The position numbers were made by a program, and so were the translations under genes. A DNA stretch of 39,764 bases, from contig JBHIDB010000003.1 in the NCBI GenBank assembly GCA_046759865.1, positions 1-39,764 of the forward strand. The letters are read 5' to 3'. Origin of the DNA: Thermoplasmata archaeon. GTDB taxonomy: Archaea > Thermoplasmatota > Thermoplasmata > RBG-16-68-12 > JAJISG01. Below are positions 18,769 through 27,701 of the stretch, in pieces. Under the pieces are notes generated by a model that did no database searches, had not been told where the DNA came from, and saw only the letters and a list, made by a program, of their open reading frames with translations. Within the stretch, counting starts at the first letter, position 1; each line of letters starts with the position of its first letter.

Positions 18769-19401
18769 CTAATCTCGTTTCTCGAGGAACTCCGGCGGGA
18801 CTTCGGTCGTGATGTACACGAACTTGCCCGCCTTCTGAATCTCTACGCCTGCGTCCTGGGCCTTCTCGACGTCGACCTCCAGGATCACGGGGCTGTCGGA
18901 CCGCACCCGGCCCGCCTCCATGGCGCTCTCCAGGGTATCGCTGAGGTGGACCCATCGGCGGTCGGAGGGCTTGAGGCCGATCTCCAGGAGGATGCCTGCC
19001 TCTTCCTCCGTAGTGGGGTAGTATAGGGGGGTGGGGATGTTGTCCGTTGGGAGGTCCATCTCCAGGTCGAGGGAGTGGCCGTAGGTGGCCCGGACCCGTC
19101 CCTCGTCGAACTGGTAGCGGCCCTTGGGGTCCGTCTGGACGACGGCGATGAGGTGATGCCCCTTCAGGAAGCGGAACTTCTTGTGGCGGATGCGGATGGC
19201 GGTGACCATGTCCTGGAGGTCCACCCACCCATTGTGGGTCATCTCCAACCCGTAGCGCTGGGGGAAGTGGCGCAGGACGCCCGCCATGGTGCGGCCCAGC
19301 TGATTGAGCTCCTTCTCGTTTAGGAGGAACTTCCCTTGGTCGCCGCAGTTCGGGCAGACCTCGCCCCGAAAGAAGCCATGGGAGCGGCACTCTTTGAGCA
19401 C
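18769..19401 (-). CDS. kptA: RNA 2'-phosphotransferase Tpt1/KptA with N-terminal Zn ribbon
   Basis: LRH, KGRY, RATYGHS and VHLS motifs; N-terminal CxxH...CxxC. Confidence 0.92.
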   Translation of the reverse strand: MLKECRSHGFFRGEVCPNCGDQGKFLLNEKELNQLGRTMAGVLRHFPQRYGLEMTHNGWVDLQDMVTAIRIRHKKFRFLKGHHLIAVVQTDPKGRYQFDEGRVRATYGHSLDLEMDLPTDNIPTPLYYPTTEEEAGILLEIGLKPSDRRWVHLSDTLESAMEAGRVRSDSPVILEVDVEKAQDAGVEIQKAGKFVYITTEVPPEFLEKRD

Positions 19402-19463
19402 GAACCCTCTCCTCCCACGAAGCTATTCGAAAGGGGCATTAAAGGCCTTTGCCTCCCAGGACC

Positions 19464-20282
19464 CTAGAGGGGTTCGAGGTCCCCCTCCCGGACAACCCGC
19501 AATCCGGCCGCCTCCACCATATCTAGGAGGCGTTGACGGGCGGGGCCCTTCAGCCCCTTCCGGTGCACGTAGGCGAAACGAGCCTCAGGGGTCTTCGCCA
19601 CCGCCTCCTGGAAGACGGCCTCGTCGAGGTCCTCCGCCGCGTAAGACGGGATTAGATGGCCGAAGGAGACACGCCGCGCGAGGGCGACGTCGGTCATCCG
19701 GGGGACGTAATGGCCCCCTCCAATGCCCAGCCCTACCGGACCCTCGGCCGGATGGATTCCCAGCAGGGTCTTTGCCACGACAGCGGCGGGGCCCTCATCT
19801 TCCCACTGCGCCGGGTCGCTGCCCAGCTCCACGAAGAAAGCGGGGGTTTCGAGGTAGGGACCGTGATGGGTGGCCTCGAAGGTCACCGCATGGGGGTAAT
19901 CGGCCGCGTGCTCCTTGAGGAGACGCAGCGCCTGCGTCATCCAAGGGGGGCTGGTCGGAACGAGCCGTTCGGGCCGGCCGCCAAACTCCGCCGCACCAAA
20001 GTTGCCCAGGGGGTGGACGGTGAAGCTGGGAATCCCACGCTGACTGCTGTGACGTGAGGCGAAGACGAGGACTTCGGGATCCACGCCCAAGGCGCTCCGG
20101 ATCTCTCCGTCGAGCCCATCCCGGTCCAGGTGAAGATTCTGAATGGTAAGGAGATAGCGGTCCTCCAGGCGATAGAGAGGCGTCCCATCAAACGATCCGT
20201 GTTCCTCCCAGGCGGCCTCCTCGAGAAGCTTGCGCCGAATGGTGGCACTCGCGACGTCGGGCAGGGAGGTCACGATCATCAT
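19464..20282 (-). CDS. dtdA: D-aminoacyl-tRNA deacylase DTD2
   Basis: FASRHSS, TVHPLGN, EATHHGP, FVELGS, GGGHY and FGH motifs. Confidence 0.93.
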   Translation of the reverse strand: MMIVTSLPDVASATIRRKLLEEAAWEEHGSFDGTPLYRLEDRYLLTIQNLHLDRDGLDGEIRSALGVDPEVLVFASRHSSQRGIPSFTVHPLGNFGAAEFGGRPERLVPTSPPWMTQALRLLKEHAADYPHAVTFEATHHGPYLETPAFFVELGSDPAQWEDEGPAAVVAKTLLGIHPAEGPVGLGIGGGHYVPRMTDVALARRVSFGHLIPSYAAEDLDEAVFQEAVAKTPEARFAYVHRKGLKGPARQRLLDMVEAAGLRVVREGDLEPL

Positions 20283-20394
20283 CGGCACCCCCATCCGAGA
20301 CGAACCCATAGGCTTTCGGTCCTGAGGGAATGGGCGATGGACCTGCGGGGTTTCGCCCTGAAAGCTTCTAAGGTGCTCGCCCTTTCTGTGCGGC

Positions 20395-20697
20395 ATGGAG
20401 CTGGTCTACCTCAAGTCGCCTACGGGCCAGCAGCACGAACGGGCCGAGGCGGTGCTGGCCCACATCCGGGCGGTGATGCCGGACCTGGAGTACCGCGAGG
20501 TGGATCCGCGGAAGGACCCGGACTACGCGGGCCAGTTTCCGATTAGTCACGCCCCCGGCCTCATCATCGACGGCGTGATCGAGTACGTCGGAATTCCCCG
20601 CGAACGCATGCTCCTCGACCGACTCCACCAATTGGAGTCTCTAAAGAAGGGGAAAGGGTCGTCCACGGCCTCCAAGGAGGGGGACAAGGCACCGTGA
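20395..20697 (+). CDS. Thioredoxin/glutaredoxin-fold small protein lacking cysteines
   Basis: Aligns by eye with archaeal small thioredoxins (SPT...APGLIIDG...VGIP), but the CxxC position reads GQQH. Confidence 0.7.
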   Translation: MELVYLKSPTGQQHERAEAVLAHIRAVMPDLEYREVDPRKDPDYAGQFPISHAPGLIIDGVIEYVGIPRERMLLDRLHQLESLKKGKGSSTASKEGDKAP

Positions 20698-20719
20698 TAG
20701 CTTTATCTAGGAACATCCG

Positions 20720-21499
20720 ATGTCCCGTGAGGGCATGGCCTCCAGGATCCGGGTCGTCGATCACGAGGAAATCGACCTCTCCGCCGCCCTTTGCGTCGTT
20801 GGCTTCCCCGGCGTGGGGCTGGTGGGCCGCATCGCGACGGACTTTCTCGTCTCCCAGTTCAACCTAAAGAGAATCGCGTCCCTGCAGTCGGAGGACTTCC
20901 CGCCCATGGCCATCCTGGTCAAGGGCCAGACCATGAGTCCGGTGCGAATCCACGCAGCCCCGATGGTCTGCGGGGTGGACGGGACCTGCAATCAGCTGGC
21001 CGTCCTCCAGGCGGAGGTAACCCCCGCCGGCGACGTGCTTTACGAGTTGGCCGACGCGCTGATTTCCTGGTGTCTCGACAAGAAAGTGCGGGAGATGGTC
21101 GTCCTGGAGGGCTTCGTTCGCCCCGAGGGCACGTCGGATTCCGTCGTTTACGGCACGGGCAACAACGCGGAGACCCTGAACCGGCTTACGAAGATCGACG
21201 TGAAACCGCTGGGCGAGGGGATCATCAGCGGCATCGCCGGCCCTCTAAGCTACCTGGCGGAGGAGCGTGGGCTGGACGTGACCATCCTCCTGGCGGAGAC
21301 CGCCCGAGAATTCCCCGATGCGCGAGCCGCCGCGAAGCTGCTCGAGATCATCGACCCCATCGTGCCCCACATCGACATTGACGCCAAGCCGTTGTACGAG
21401 CGGGCGGAGCTCATCGAGACCCGCCTGAAGCAGAACATGGAGCAGCACCAGGAGAGCGTCGAGGGATTGACGGAGCGGTCGAGGATCATGTACGGCTAA
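20720..21499 (+). CDS. PAC2-family proteasome assembly chaperone/activator (PbaB-like)
   Basis: GFPGVGLVG and PDARAA motifs; C-terminal HbYX-like MYG. Confidence 0.9.
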   Translation: MSREGMASRIRVVDHEEIDLSAALCVVGFPGVGLVGRIATDFLVSQFNLKRIASLQSEDFPPMAILVKGQTMSPVRIHAAPMVCGVDGTCNQLAVLQAEVTPAGDVLYELADALISWCLDKKVREMVVLEGFVRPEGTSDSVVYGTGNNAETLNRLTKIDVKPLGEGIISGIAGPLSYLAEERGLDVTILLAETAREFPDARAAAKLLEIIDPIVPHIDIDAKPLYERAELIETRLKQNMEQHQESVEGLTERSRIMYG

Positions 21500-21517
21500 G
21501 GGGAGGGGGGTCCGCCA

Positions 21518-21658
21518 ACGGCGTACACGTGCCCGGAGTGTGGCGAGGAGGCCATGGAGAGGAAGGAGGAGAAGCCGGGCTGGTACACCCTCGAGTGCGC
21601 AAAGTGCGGGGCCGAGCGGGGCCCCTTCCGAGACGCCCGAGACATGTCCGTGGCCTAG
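21518..21658 (+). CDS. CPxCG zinc-ribbon microprotein, 46 aa, putative ACG start
   Basis: (M)AYTCPECGEEAMERKEEKPGWYTLECAKCGAERGPFRDARDMSVA*. GGAGG upstream; no ATG/GTG/TTG before the first Cys. Confidence 0.7.
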   Translation, partial: TAYTCPECGEEAMERKEEKPGWYTLECAKCGAERGPFRDARDMSVA

Positions 21659-21685
21659 AACTTCCACCGAGATGATTCGGCACTT

Positions 21686-21710
21686 CAAAACCTTAATAAC
21701 CTAGGGTTAG
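21686..21710 (+). promoter_or_regulatory. hsp20 promoter with overlapping palindromic operator
   Basis: TTAATAA TATA box at 21693-21699 overlapped by TAACC-TAG-GGTTA (ATAAC-N5-GTTAG). Confidence 0.65.
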
Positions 21711-21784
21711 ATAATAACCAGACTGGGCAACCCGACAGTGCGTTGGGGGCTTCCTGGGCCGCGTCCGACAGGAGTGAGGGGCGA

Positions 21785-22240
21785 GTGACCTTCGAGAAGG
21801 ATTTCGAGGAGATGCGGAAGCGGATTGACAGGATGCTCAAGGACTTTTTCAAAGGCCGCCCCTATTGGTCCGGAACGCCCGTGGATCGCCGAGGCGCCAA
21901 GAAGAAACGGCGTCGGGGCGCCGAAGAACGACGAGAGGGTGAATCGATGAGCCGTGTGGTGGAGGGCAAGGATCCCAGCGAACGGGAACCGGTGTTCGAC
22001 GTGATTGCCGGGGATGAAGACATCTTCATTACGGTGGAGCTTCCGGGAACGACCCCGGAGAAGATTAGCCTCCGGGCCTCGGAGCGTGCCCTGACCGTGG
22101 AGGCCCAGGGCTTCCGCCGATATTGGAAGGTCCTCGAGATGCCGGAGCCCGTCGAGGCGTCGAGCTTGACGTGGACCTTTAACAACGGCGTACTCGACAT
22201 CACCGTCACGAAGCAGGCGCAGAGCATCCGCGCCGATTGA
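21785..22240 (+). CDS. Archaeal small heat-shock protein (Hsp20)
   Basis: GTG at 21785 after an SD. Motifs REPVFDV, VELPG and FNNGVLDIT. Confidence 0.88.
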   Translation: MTFEKDFEEMRKRIDRMLKDFFKGRPYWSGTPVDRRGAKKKRRRGAEERREGESMSRVVEGKDPSEREPVFDVIAGDEDIFITVELPGTTPEKISLRASERALTVEAQGFRRYWKVLEMPEPVEASSLTWTFNNGVLDITVTKQAQSIRAD

Positions 22241-22362
22241 GACGCACCTCCTCCCCGCATTCATCGGTCTCACTTGTCCAGTGAACGGTCTGGTGCCGAG
22301 ACGGATGTAGGGGTATTTCCCGATCCCTTCAAGAAACGTTAAAGATTGTGCGCTGCTCTCCT

Positions 22363-22473
22363 ATGAACGTGGAGACACCCAGGGAGATCCCCCCGGAGGC
22401 GGAGACCTGCGTCGTATGCCGGTTTCCCTTGCAGGAGTGCTTCTGTCGGGACATCCACAGTGGCGGCGATTGA
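22363..22473 (+). CDS. Cys-rich microprotein, 36 aa (CxxC-x6-CxC)
   Basis: MNVETPREIPPEAETCVVCRFPLQECFCRDIHSGGD*. AAACGTTAAAG promoter-like box about 20 nt upstream. Confidence 0.55.
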   Translation: MNVETPREIPPEAETCVVCRFPLQECFCRDIHSGGD

Positions 22474-22589
22474 CCGCCCCGTGAAGGGCTGACGAGTCTG
22501 TCCCATGAGGTCTCCAGATTATCAGCTGGACTGAGCCCATTACCCTTATAACGGCCTTAAGACGTAGTCCGCCCAGAGGGAGTTCTCCC

Positions 22590-24350
22590 TTGATTACCAA
22601 CGATCTTGCCGTGATGATCGGCGGTCGGGCCGGCGACGGCAGCCTCGTGACCGGGGAAATCCTCGCCAAGGTCTTCCGGGACATCGGACTGGAGGTTTTC
22701 ACGATCCGGGACTTCCCCTCCAACATTCGCGGCCTGCCCACCAACTACACGATTCGGACGAAGGACCGTCCCATCATGGCTCGGAAGGACCACCCGGACG
22801 TCCTGCTCGCCTTGGATGAAGAAGCGGTCCGGCTCCATGGAGAGGAGCTGCCTCCTGACGGCGTGCTGATCTACGACAACTCCAGCGGCGAAGGTCCCCC
22901 CGATTTCGAGAGAGAGGACGTCCACGTCTACCAGGTCCCTTTGAAGACCATCGCGGTGGACAATCTGGGAGGCGCGCGTGCGGAGATCTTCAAGAACGTC
23001 GTCTCCCTCGGCGTGTTGGCGCACCTTCTCTCGGTTGATGTGGCAATCATCAAGGAGGCCATCGAGAAGGAATTCTCTCGGAAGGGAGAAGAGATCGTCC
23101 AGAAGAACTTCCAGGCCCTGGACCTGGGCGCGCAGTACGCCGATGAGCACTTTGAGAAGACGGACCCCTACGTGCTCGAGCGGCGCGAGAAGGAGGACAG
23201 GCTCCTCATCCTCGGAGACTATGCCATCGCCTACGGGGCCCTCGCGGGAGGGCTGCGGTTCTACGCCGGCTATCCCATCACCCCTGCCACAGAGATCCTC
23301 GAATGGCTCGCGGCCCACCTGCCGGAGTACAACGGCGTGGTCGTCCAGGCAGAGGACGAGATCTCGGCCGTCACGATGTGTCTAGGTGCCTCCTACGCCG
23401 GGCTCCGGTCCATGACGGGGACCTCCGGCCCAGGCGCCGACCTCATGACGGAGGCGATCAGCATGTCGGGGATGGCGGAGCTCCCCCTCGTCGTCATACA
23501 CGGGCAGCGGGGCGGTCCCGGCACCGGCCTCCCGACCAAAGTGGAGCAAGGGGACCTGAAACACGCTCTCTTCTCTTCCCATGGGGACTTCCCCCGGATC
23601 GTGCTTGCCCCGGGAACGATCGAGGAGGGATTCTATCTGACCGCCGAGGCCCTCAACCTCGCCGATCGATTCCAACTCCCGGTCATCGTGCTCGCCGACC
23701 AGGCCCTCTGCCAGAACAAGCAGACAATTCCGCCCTTCGACCTTTCTCAGATCGAGGTCGACCGCGGGAAGCTCCTCAACAAGCCCATCGAGGCCTTGCA
23801 ATCCGCCAACGGCGGCATCTTCCAACGCTACGCCCTCGTCGAGGATGGGGTCTCCCCTCGTCCGATTCCCTCCATCCCCGGCGGTCTGTACGAGGCCAGC
23901 AGCAACGAGCACGATGAGATGGGGTACACGACAGAGGACCCCGAGATTCGCAAGGCCATGATGGCGAAGCGGATGCACAAGTTGGAGACGGCCCGGGGCG
24001 AGTTGCCGGGACCCGTCCTCCACGGGGACCCGTCCGCGGAGATCGTCTTCCTAAGCTTCGGGTATCCGACCGGGGCCATCTGGGAGGCGATGGAGCGTCT
24101 GAGAGAGGACGGAATCGCGACGAAATACGTTCAGCTTCGCACGCTCTGGCCGTTCCCGGCGGAGGATGTGGGAGACCTCCTCGCGAACGCGAGGGAAATC
24201 CTGGTCGTGGAGCACAACTATTCGGGCCAATTGGCCACGCTGCTGCCGAGCCTCTTGGGGAAAGTGGTCCCGACGACCTCCGTCACCCGATACGATGGCC
24301 TGCTGATGACTCCCGGCGAGATCGTGGCGGCGGCGAGGGAGGTGGCGTAG
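22590..24350 (+). CDS. korA: 2-oxoacid:ferredoxin oxidoreductase alpha subunit (gamma-alpha fusion)
   Basis: GGRAGDG, SNIRG, YPITP, EDEISA, TSGPG and QRGGPGTGLPT motifs. Confidence 0.92.
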   Translation: MITNDLAVMIGGRAGDGSLVTGEILAKVFRDIGLEVFTIRDFPSNIRGLPTNYTIRTKDRPIMARKDHPDVLLALDEEAVRLHGEELPPDGVLIYDNSSGEGPPDFEREDVHVYQVPLKTIAVDNLGGARAEIFKNVVSLGVLAHLLSVDVAIIKEAIEKEFSRKGEEIVQKNFQALDLGAQYADEHFEKTDPYVLERREKEDRLLILGDYAIAYGALAGGLRFYAGYPITPATEILEWLAAHLPEYNGVVVQAEDEISAVTMCLGASYAGLRSMTGTSGPGADLMTEAISMSGMAELPLVVIHGQRGGPGTGLPTKVEQGDLKHALFSSHGDFPRIVLAPGTIEEGFYLTAEALNLADRFQLPVIVLADQALCQNKQTIPPFDLSQIEVDRGKLLNKPIEALQSANGGIFQRYALVEDGVSPRPIPSIPGGLYEASSNEHDEMGYTTEDPEIRKAMMAKRMHKLETARGELPGPVLHGDPSAEIVFLSFGYPTGAIWEAMERLREDGIATKYVQLRTLWPFPAEDVGDLLANAREILVVEHNYSGQLATLLPSLLGKVVPTTSVTRYDGLLMTPGEIVAAAREVA

Positions 24351-24351
24351 A

Positions 24352-25230
24352 GTGGCCCAGGCCTACGACCTCACCATCAAGGAGTTCAACGTCCACGAGG
24401 AGACCTGGTGCCCCGGGTGCGGGGACTTCGGGGTGAACGGCGCCTTGAAGCGGGCCATGGTCAACATGGAGCTCCGTCCCGAACAGATCGTGCTCTGCAC
24501 TGGGATCGGGTGCTCGAGCAAGATTTCGGACTACTTCAAAGCCTACACGTTCCATACGATCCACGGACGGCCCCTGCCCGTGGCCAGTGCCGTCAAGATC
24601 GCGAACCCCGATCTCAACGTCATCGTCGCCACCGGGGACGGCGACGGGTACGCCATTGGCATGGGCCACTTCATCCACGCGATTCGGCGAAACGTGAACG
24701 TCACGATGATCGTGATGAACAACCAGGTCTACGGCCTGACCAAGGGCCAGTTCTCTCCCACGGCCGCCCGCGGGTTCGAGTCAGGCTCCTCCCCCGACGG
24801 ATCGGACGAGGACCCCATCGATGGGGTTGCGCTGGCCTTGGCGGCCGGGGCCTCCTTCGTCGCGCGGTCGTTCTCGGGGGACATGAAAGGGAGCGTCGCG
24901 ACCTTCGAGGCCGCCATCCAGCACCCCGGCTTCTCCGTCGTCGACGACCTGAGCCCTTGCGTGACCTTCAACAAGGTCAACACCTACGCCTGGTTCCGCC
25001 AGAACATCCGGAAGTTGGAGGAGGAGGACTACGAGCCCGTCGATCGGACCCGGGCCTTGGACCTCGTCCTGAACTCCGAGAAGATCCCGGTCGGGATTCT
25101 CTACCAGGATGGCGACCCTCCGGAGGCCTACGAGGAACGGGTGTTGAAGGACCTGAAGAAGGCACCCGTCTGGGAAGACCTGGATCCGAAGGGCTGGGAT
25201 TACCAGCGAGTCATGGACGAGTTCCGCTAA
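24352..25230 (+). CDS. korB: 2-oxoacid:ferredoxin oxidoreductase beta subunit
   Basis: WCPGCGD, GIGCS, HGR, GDGD (TPP), YGLTKGQ and SPCVTFN motifs. Confidence 0.93.
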   Translation: MAQAYDLTIKEFNVHEETWCPGCGDFGVNGALKRAMVNMELRPEQIVLCTGIGCSSKISDYFKAYTFHTIHGRPLPVASAVKIANPDLNVIVATGDGDGYAIGMGHFIHAIRRNVNVTMIVMNNQVYGLTKGQFSPTAARGFESGSSPDGSDEDPIDGVALALAAGASFVARSFSGDMKGSVATFEAAIQHPGFSVVDDLSPCVTFNKVNTYAWFRQNIRKLEEEDYEPVDRTRALDLVLNSEKIPVGILYQDGDPPEAYEERVLKDLKKAPVWEDLDPKGWDYQRVMDEFR

Positions 25231-25297
25231 CCCATGCTCGGTCTGTCCAGTCGGTCGAAGCCTTAAATCGGGCCGATTCCCTTGTCCAGTCGCAACC

Positions 25298-25771
25298 ATG
25301 GTCCGGTCGGCGGCCCCTCGGAACAACCAGGATAAGCCCCTGGTGGAAGCGTTCTCGGCGGGGGGCGTGGTCTTCCAGCCGACCGGGAAGGTCCTCCTCC
25401 TGCGCAAGGGGAACGAACGCCGGTGGTGCCTCCCGAAGGGCGGTGTGGAGGAGGGGGAGCAACCCGAGGAGGCGGCCCGTCGCGAGATCCAGGAGGAGAC
25501 GGGCCTGTACTGCACCCTCGTGGACCATGTCCTGGACATCCGCTACCAGTACTATTGGCCCGCTGAGGCCGTCAATTACGACAAGACGGTGAGGTACTAC
25601 CTGGCCGAGGTGGTCGGCGGGAGCGTGAAGCTCGAGCCCATTTTCGATGGCTATCGGTGGTGCACCGAGAAGGACGCGCTCCGCCTTCTGCACTACGAGA
25701 ACGACAAGCGAGTGGTGCGTCGCGCCTTCCGTCGGCTCCGTGGGATACGGGGCGCGGAAGGGCGATCTTAG
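25298..25771 (+). CDS. Nudix hydrolase (Ap4A hydrolase-like)
   Basis: SAGGVV and Nudix box LPKGGVEEGEQPEEAARREIQEETG. Confidence 0.9.
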   Translation: MVRSAAPRNNQDKPLVEAFSAGGVVFQPTGKVLLLRKGNERRWCLPKGGVEEGEQPEEAARREIQEETGLYCTLVDHVLDIRYQYYWPAEAVNYDKTVRYYLAEVVGGSVKLEPIFDGYRWCTEKDALRLLHYENDKRVVRRAFRRLRGIRGAEGRS

Positions 25772-27474
25772 GCGACGAGCCAGGCCCGGAACTCCTCGAA
25801 CGGTCGGGTGTTGACTACGTCCGCCGCTTCGAGCCATCCTCGGCGGGCCTGTCCGATGCCGTACTTCATCTGATCAAGGCCGACCGTGGCGTGGGCGTCG
25901 GTATTGATGACGAGCGGAGCCCCGGCCTCCTTGGCAGCGCGTGCGTGGGCCCCGTTCAGGTCGAGGCGACTGATCCCCGAGTTGATCTCCAACGCGGTGC
26001 CTGTATCCGCCGCCGCCGCGAGGACTCGGGGCAGGTCCAGAGCGATGGGTTCGCGCTCGTTGATTTGCCGAGCGGTGGGGTGGGCGAGGATGGTTAGGTG
26101 CTCGTTCTCCATGGCCGTGATCACCCGCTGTGTCATCTCTCCCTCCTGCTGGGTGAAGCGGGAGTGGACCGCCCCGATGGCATAGTCTAAGTCCCGCAGC
26201 ACCTCCTCCGGGTAGTCGAGCTCTCCCCCTTCCAGGATCTCGATCTCCGCCCCGTGGAGAATGTGGATGTCCGGCATCTTCTCCTGGAGGGCCTTCATCT
26301 TCGCATCCTCTTCGAAGACCTCCTCCTCCTTCAGCCCCCCCGCAATGTAGAGGGATTTGGAGTGGTCGCTGATGCCCACGTAGTCGTAACCCTTCTCCTC
26401 GGCGGCGCCCACCATGGCCTCGAGGGTGTCGTGGCCGTCGCTCCAGTTTGTATGGACGTGGAGGTCCCCCTTCAGGTCTTCGAGGGTGATGAGGTCGGGA
26501 AGTTCTCCTCGTTGGGCGGCCTCGATCTCGCCCTGCGCTTGGCGGAGCTCCGGCTCGATGTAAGGGAGACCGAGGGTTTCGTAGACCTCCCGCTCCGTGG
26601 CCCCCGCGACCCTTTCCTCTCCGCGGAAGACGCCGTACTCGTTCAGCCGCATGCCTTGGGAGATGGCGAGGCTGCGGAGGCGGATGTTGTGATCCTTGGA
26701 GCCGGTGAAGTACAGGAGGCCGGCCCCGTAACTGTCCGCGTCGAGTACGCGGAGGTCCGCCTGCATGCCATCCGTGAGGATGACGGACGACTTCGTGTTC
26801 CCCTGGAGGAGGACCTCCTGCACGTCCGGCATCCCCGTGAAGGCCAACATGACCTCCGCGGGCTCCGAGGATGTCACCAGAATGTCGATGTCGCCGATGG
26901 TCTCCCGCATCCTGCGCAGGCTGCCCCCGATGGCAATCTGCTCGACGGGGGCGTGTGTCTCGAGGTAGGCCACGATGCCCTCGGCATCCGGGAGGGCACG
27001 TCCCAGGATCCGTCGCTTCTTGTAGGCCTCACGCAGTTCGATGCCCCGGAGGATGTTCTCCGCTTTCTTCGGACCGAGCCCTTTCACCCCGTACAGGCGG
27101 CCCGACTCGGCCGCCTCTTTGAGCTCTTCGACGGTGGAGATGCCCAGGCGGTCGTAGAGGAGCTTCGTCGTCTTTGGGCCTACGCCTTGGATGCGCATGA
27201 TCTCGACGAGCCCCTCGGGGACCTCTGCCTTCAGCTTCTCGTAGGCCTGGACCTGCCCGGTCTCCAGGTACTCGGCGATCTTCGCGGCGAGGGCCTTCCC
27301 GATGCCCGGGATCTCGCCGACCCGGTCTTCCCGCCAGAGGTCCTCAACGTCTTGGCTCATCCCTTCGATGTTACGGGCAGCGCGCCGGTAGGCGCTCGGT
27401 TTGAAGTCTACACCCTGAAGTTCCAGGTAGTCCGCCATCCCGAAGAAGATGCGGGCGATCTCCTGGCTCCTCAT
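25768..27474 (-). CDS. polX: DNA polymerase X with PHP domain
   Basis: HhH motifs, GSLRR, GDIDIL, YFTGSKDHN; PHP motifs HVHT..SDG and NTDAH. Confidence 0.95.
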   Translation of the reverse strand: MRSQEIARIFFGMADYLELQGVDFKPSAYRRAARNIEGMSQDVEDLWREDRVGEIPGIGKALAAKIAEYLETGQVQAYEKLKAEVPEGLVEIMRIQGVGPKTTKLLYDRLGISTVEELKEAAESGRLYGVKGLGPKKAENILRGIELREAYKKRRILGRALPDAEGIVAYLETHAPVEQIAIGGSLRRMRETIGDIDILVTSSEPAEVMLAFTGMPDVQEVLLQGNTKSSVILTDGMQADLRVLDADSYGAGLLYFTGSKDHNIRLRSLAISQGMRLNEYGVFRGEERVAGATEREVYETLGLPYIEPELRQAQGEIEAAQRGELPDLITLEDLKGDLHVHTNWSDGHDTLEAMVGAAEEKGYDYVGISDHSKSLYIAGGLKEEEVFEEDAKMKALQEKMPDIHILHGAEIEILEGGELDYPEEVLRDLDYAIGAVHSRFTQQEGEMTQRVITAMENEHLTILAHPTARQINEREPIALDLPRVLAAAADTGTALEINSGISRLDLNGAHARAAKEAGAPLVINTDAHATVGLDQMKYGIGQARRGWLEAADVVNTRPFEEFRAWLVA

Positions 27475-27701
27475 CGCACGATTCAAGGTTCAGAGCTCTC
27501 TAATAGCTTACCTACCAAGCATCCCCGGGCTCGTCGGTATGGTTTGGCACCAATTGGGGCCAAACGGACAGGATCTTAAGCTCTCCAGAGGGGGTCGCGA
27601 AAGTACCCTCAGGGATCGTCGCTCCTCCCTGTTCTCGGGCGAGATAATAGAGCGCAAAACTATAGGAAAAGAGGTAGCCATTCACGCCGCGAGCTGACTC
27701 G

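Noticed and set aside
22485-22535. CTGACGAG hammerhead-like core or C/D-box-like motifs
   Set aside because: No downstream GAAA with stem II, and the boxes lack proper consensus and spacing.
27539-27697. 52-aa ORF between polX and the GvpD-like gene
   Set aside because: Lies in an AT-richer divergent promoter region, with atypical codons and no motif.
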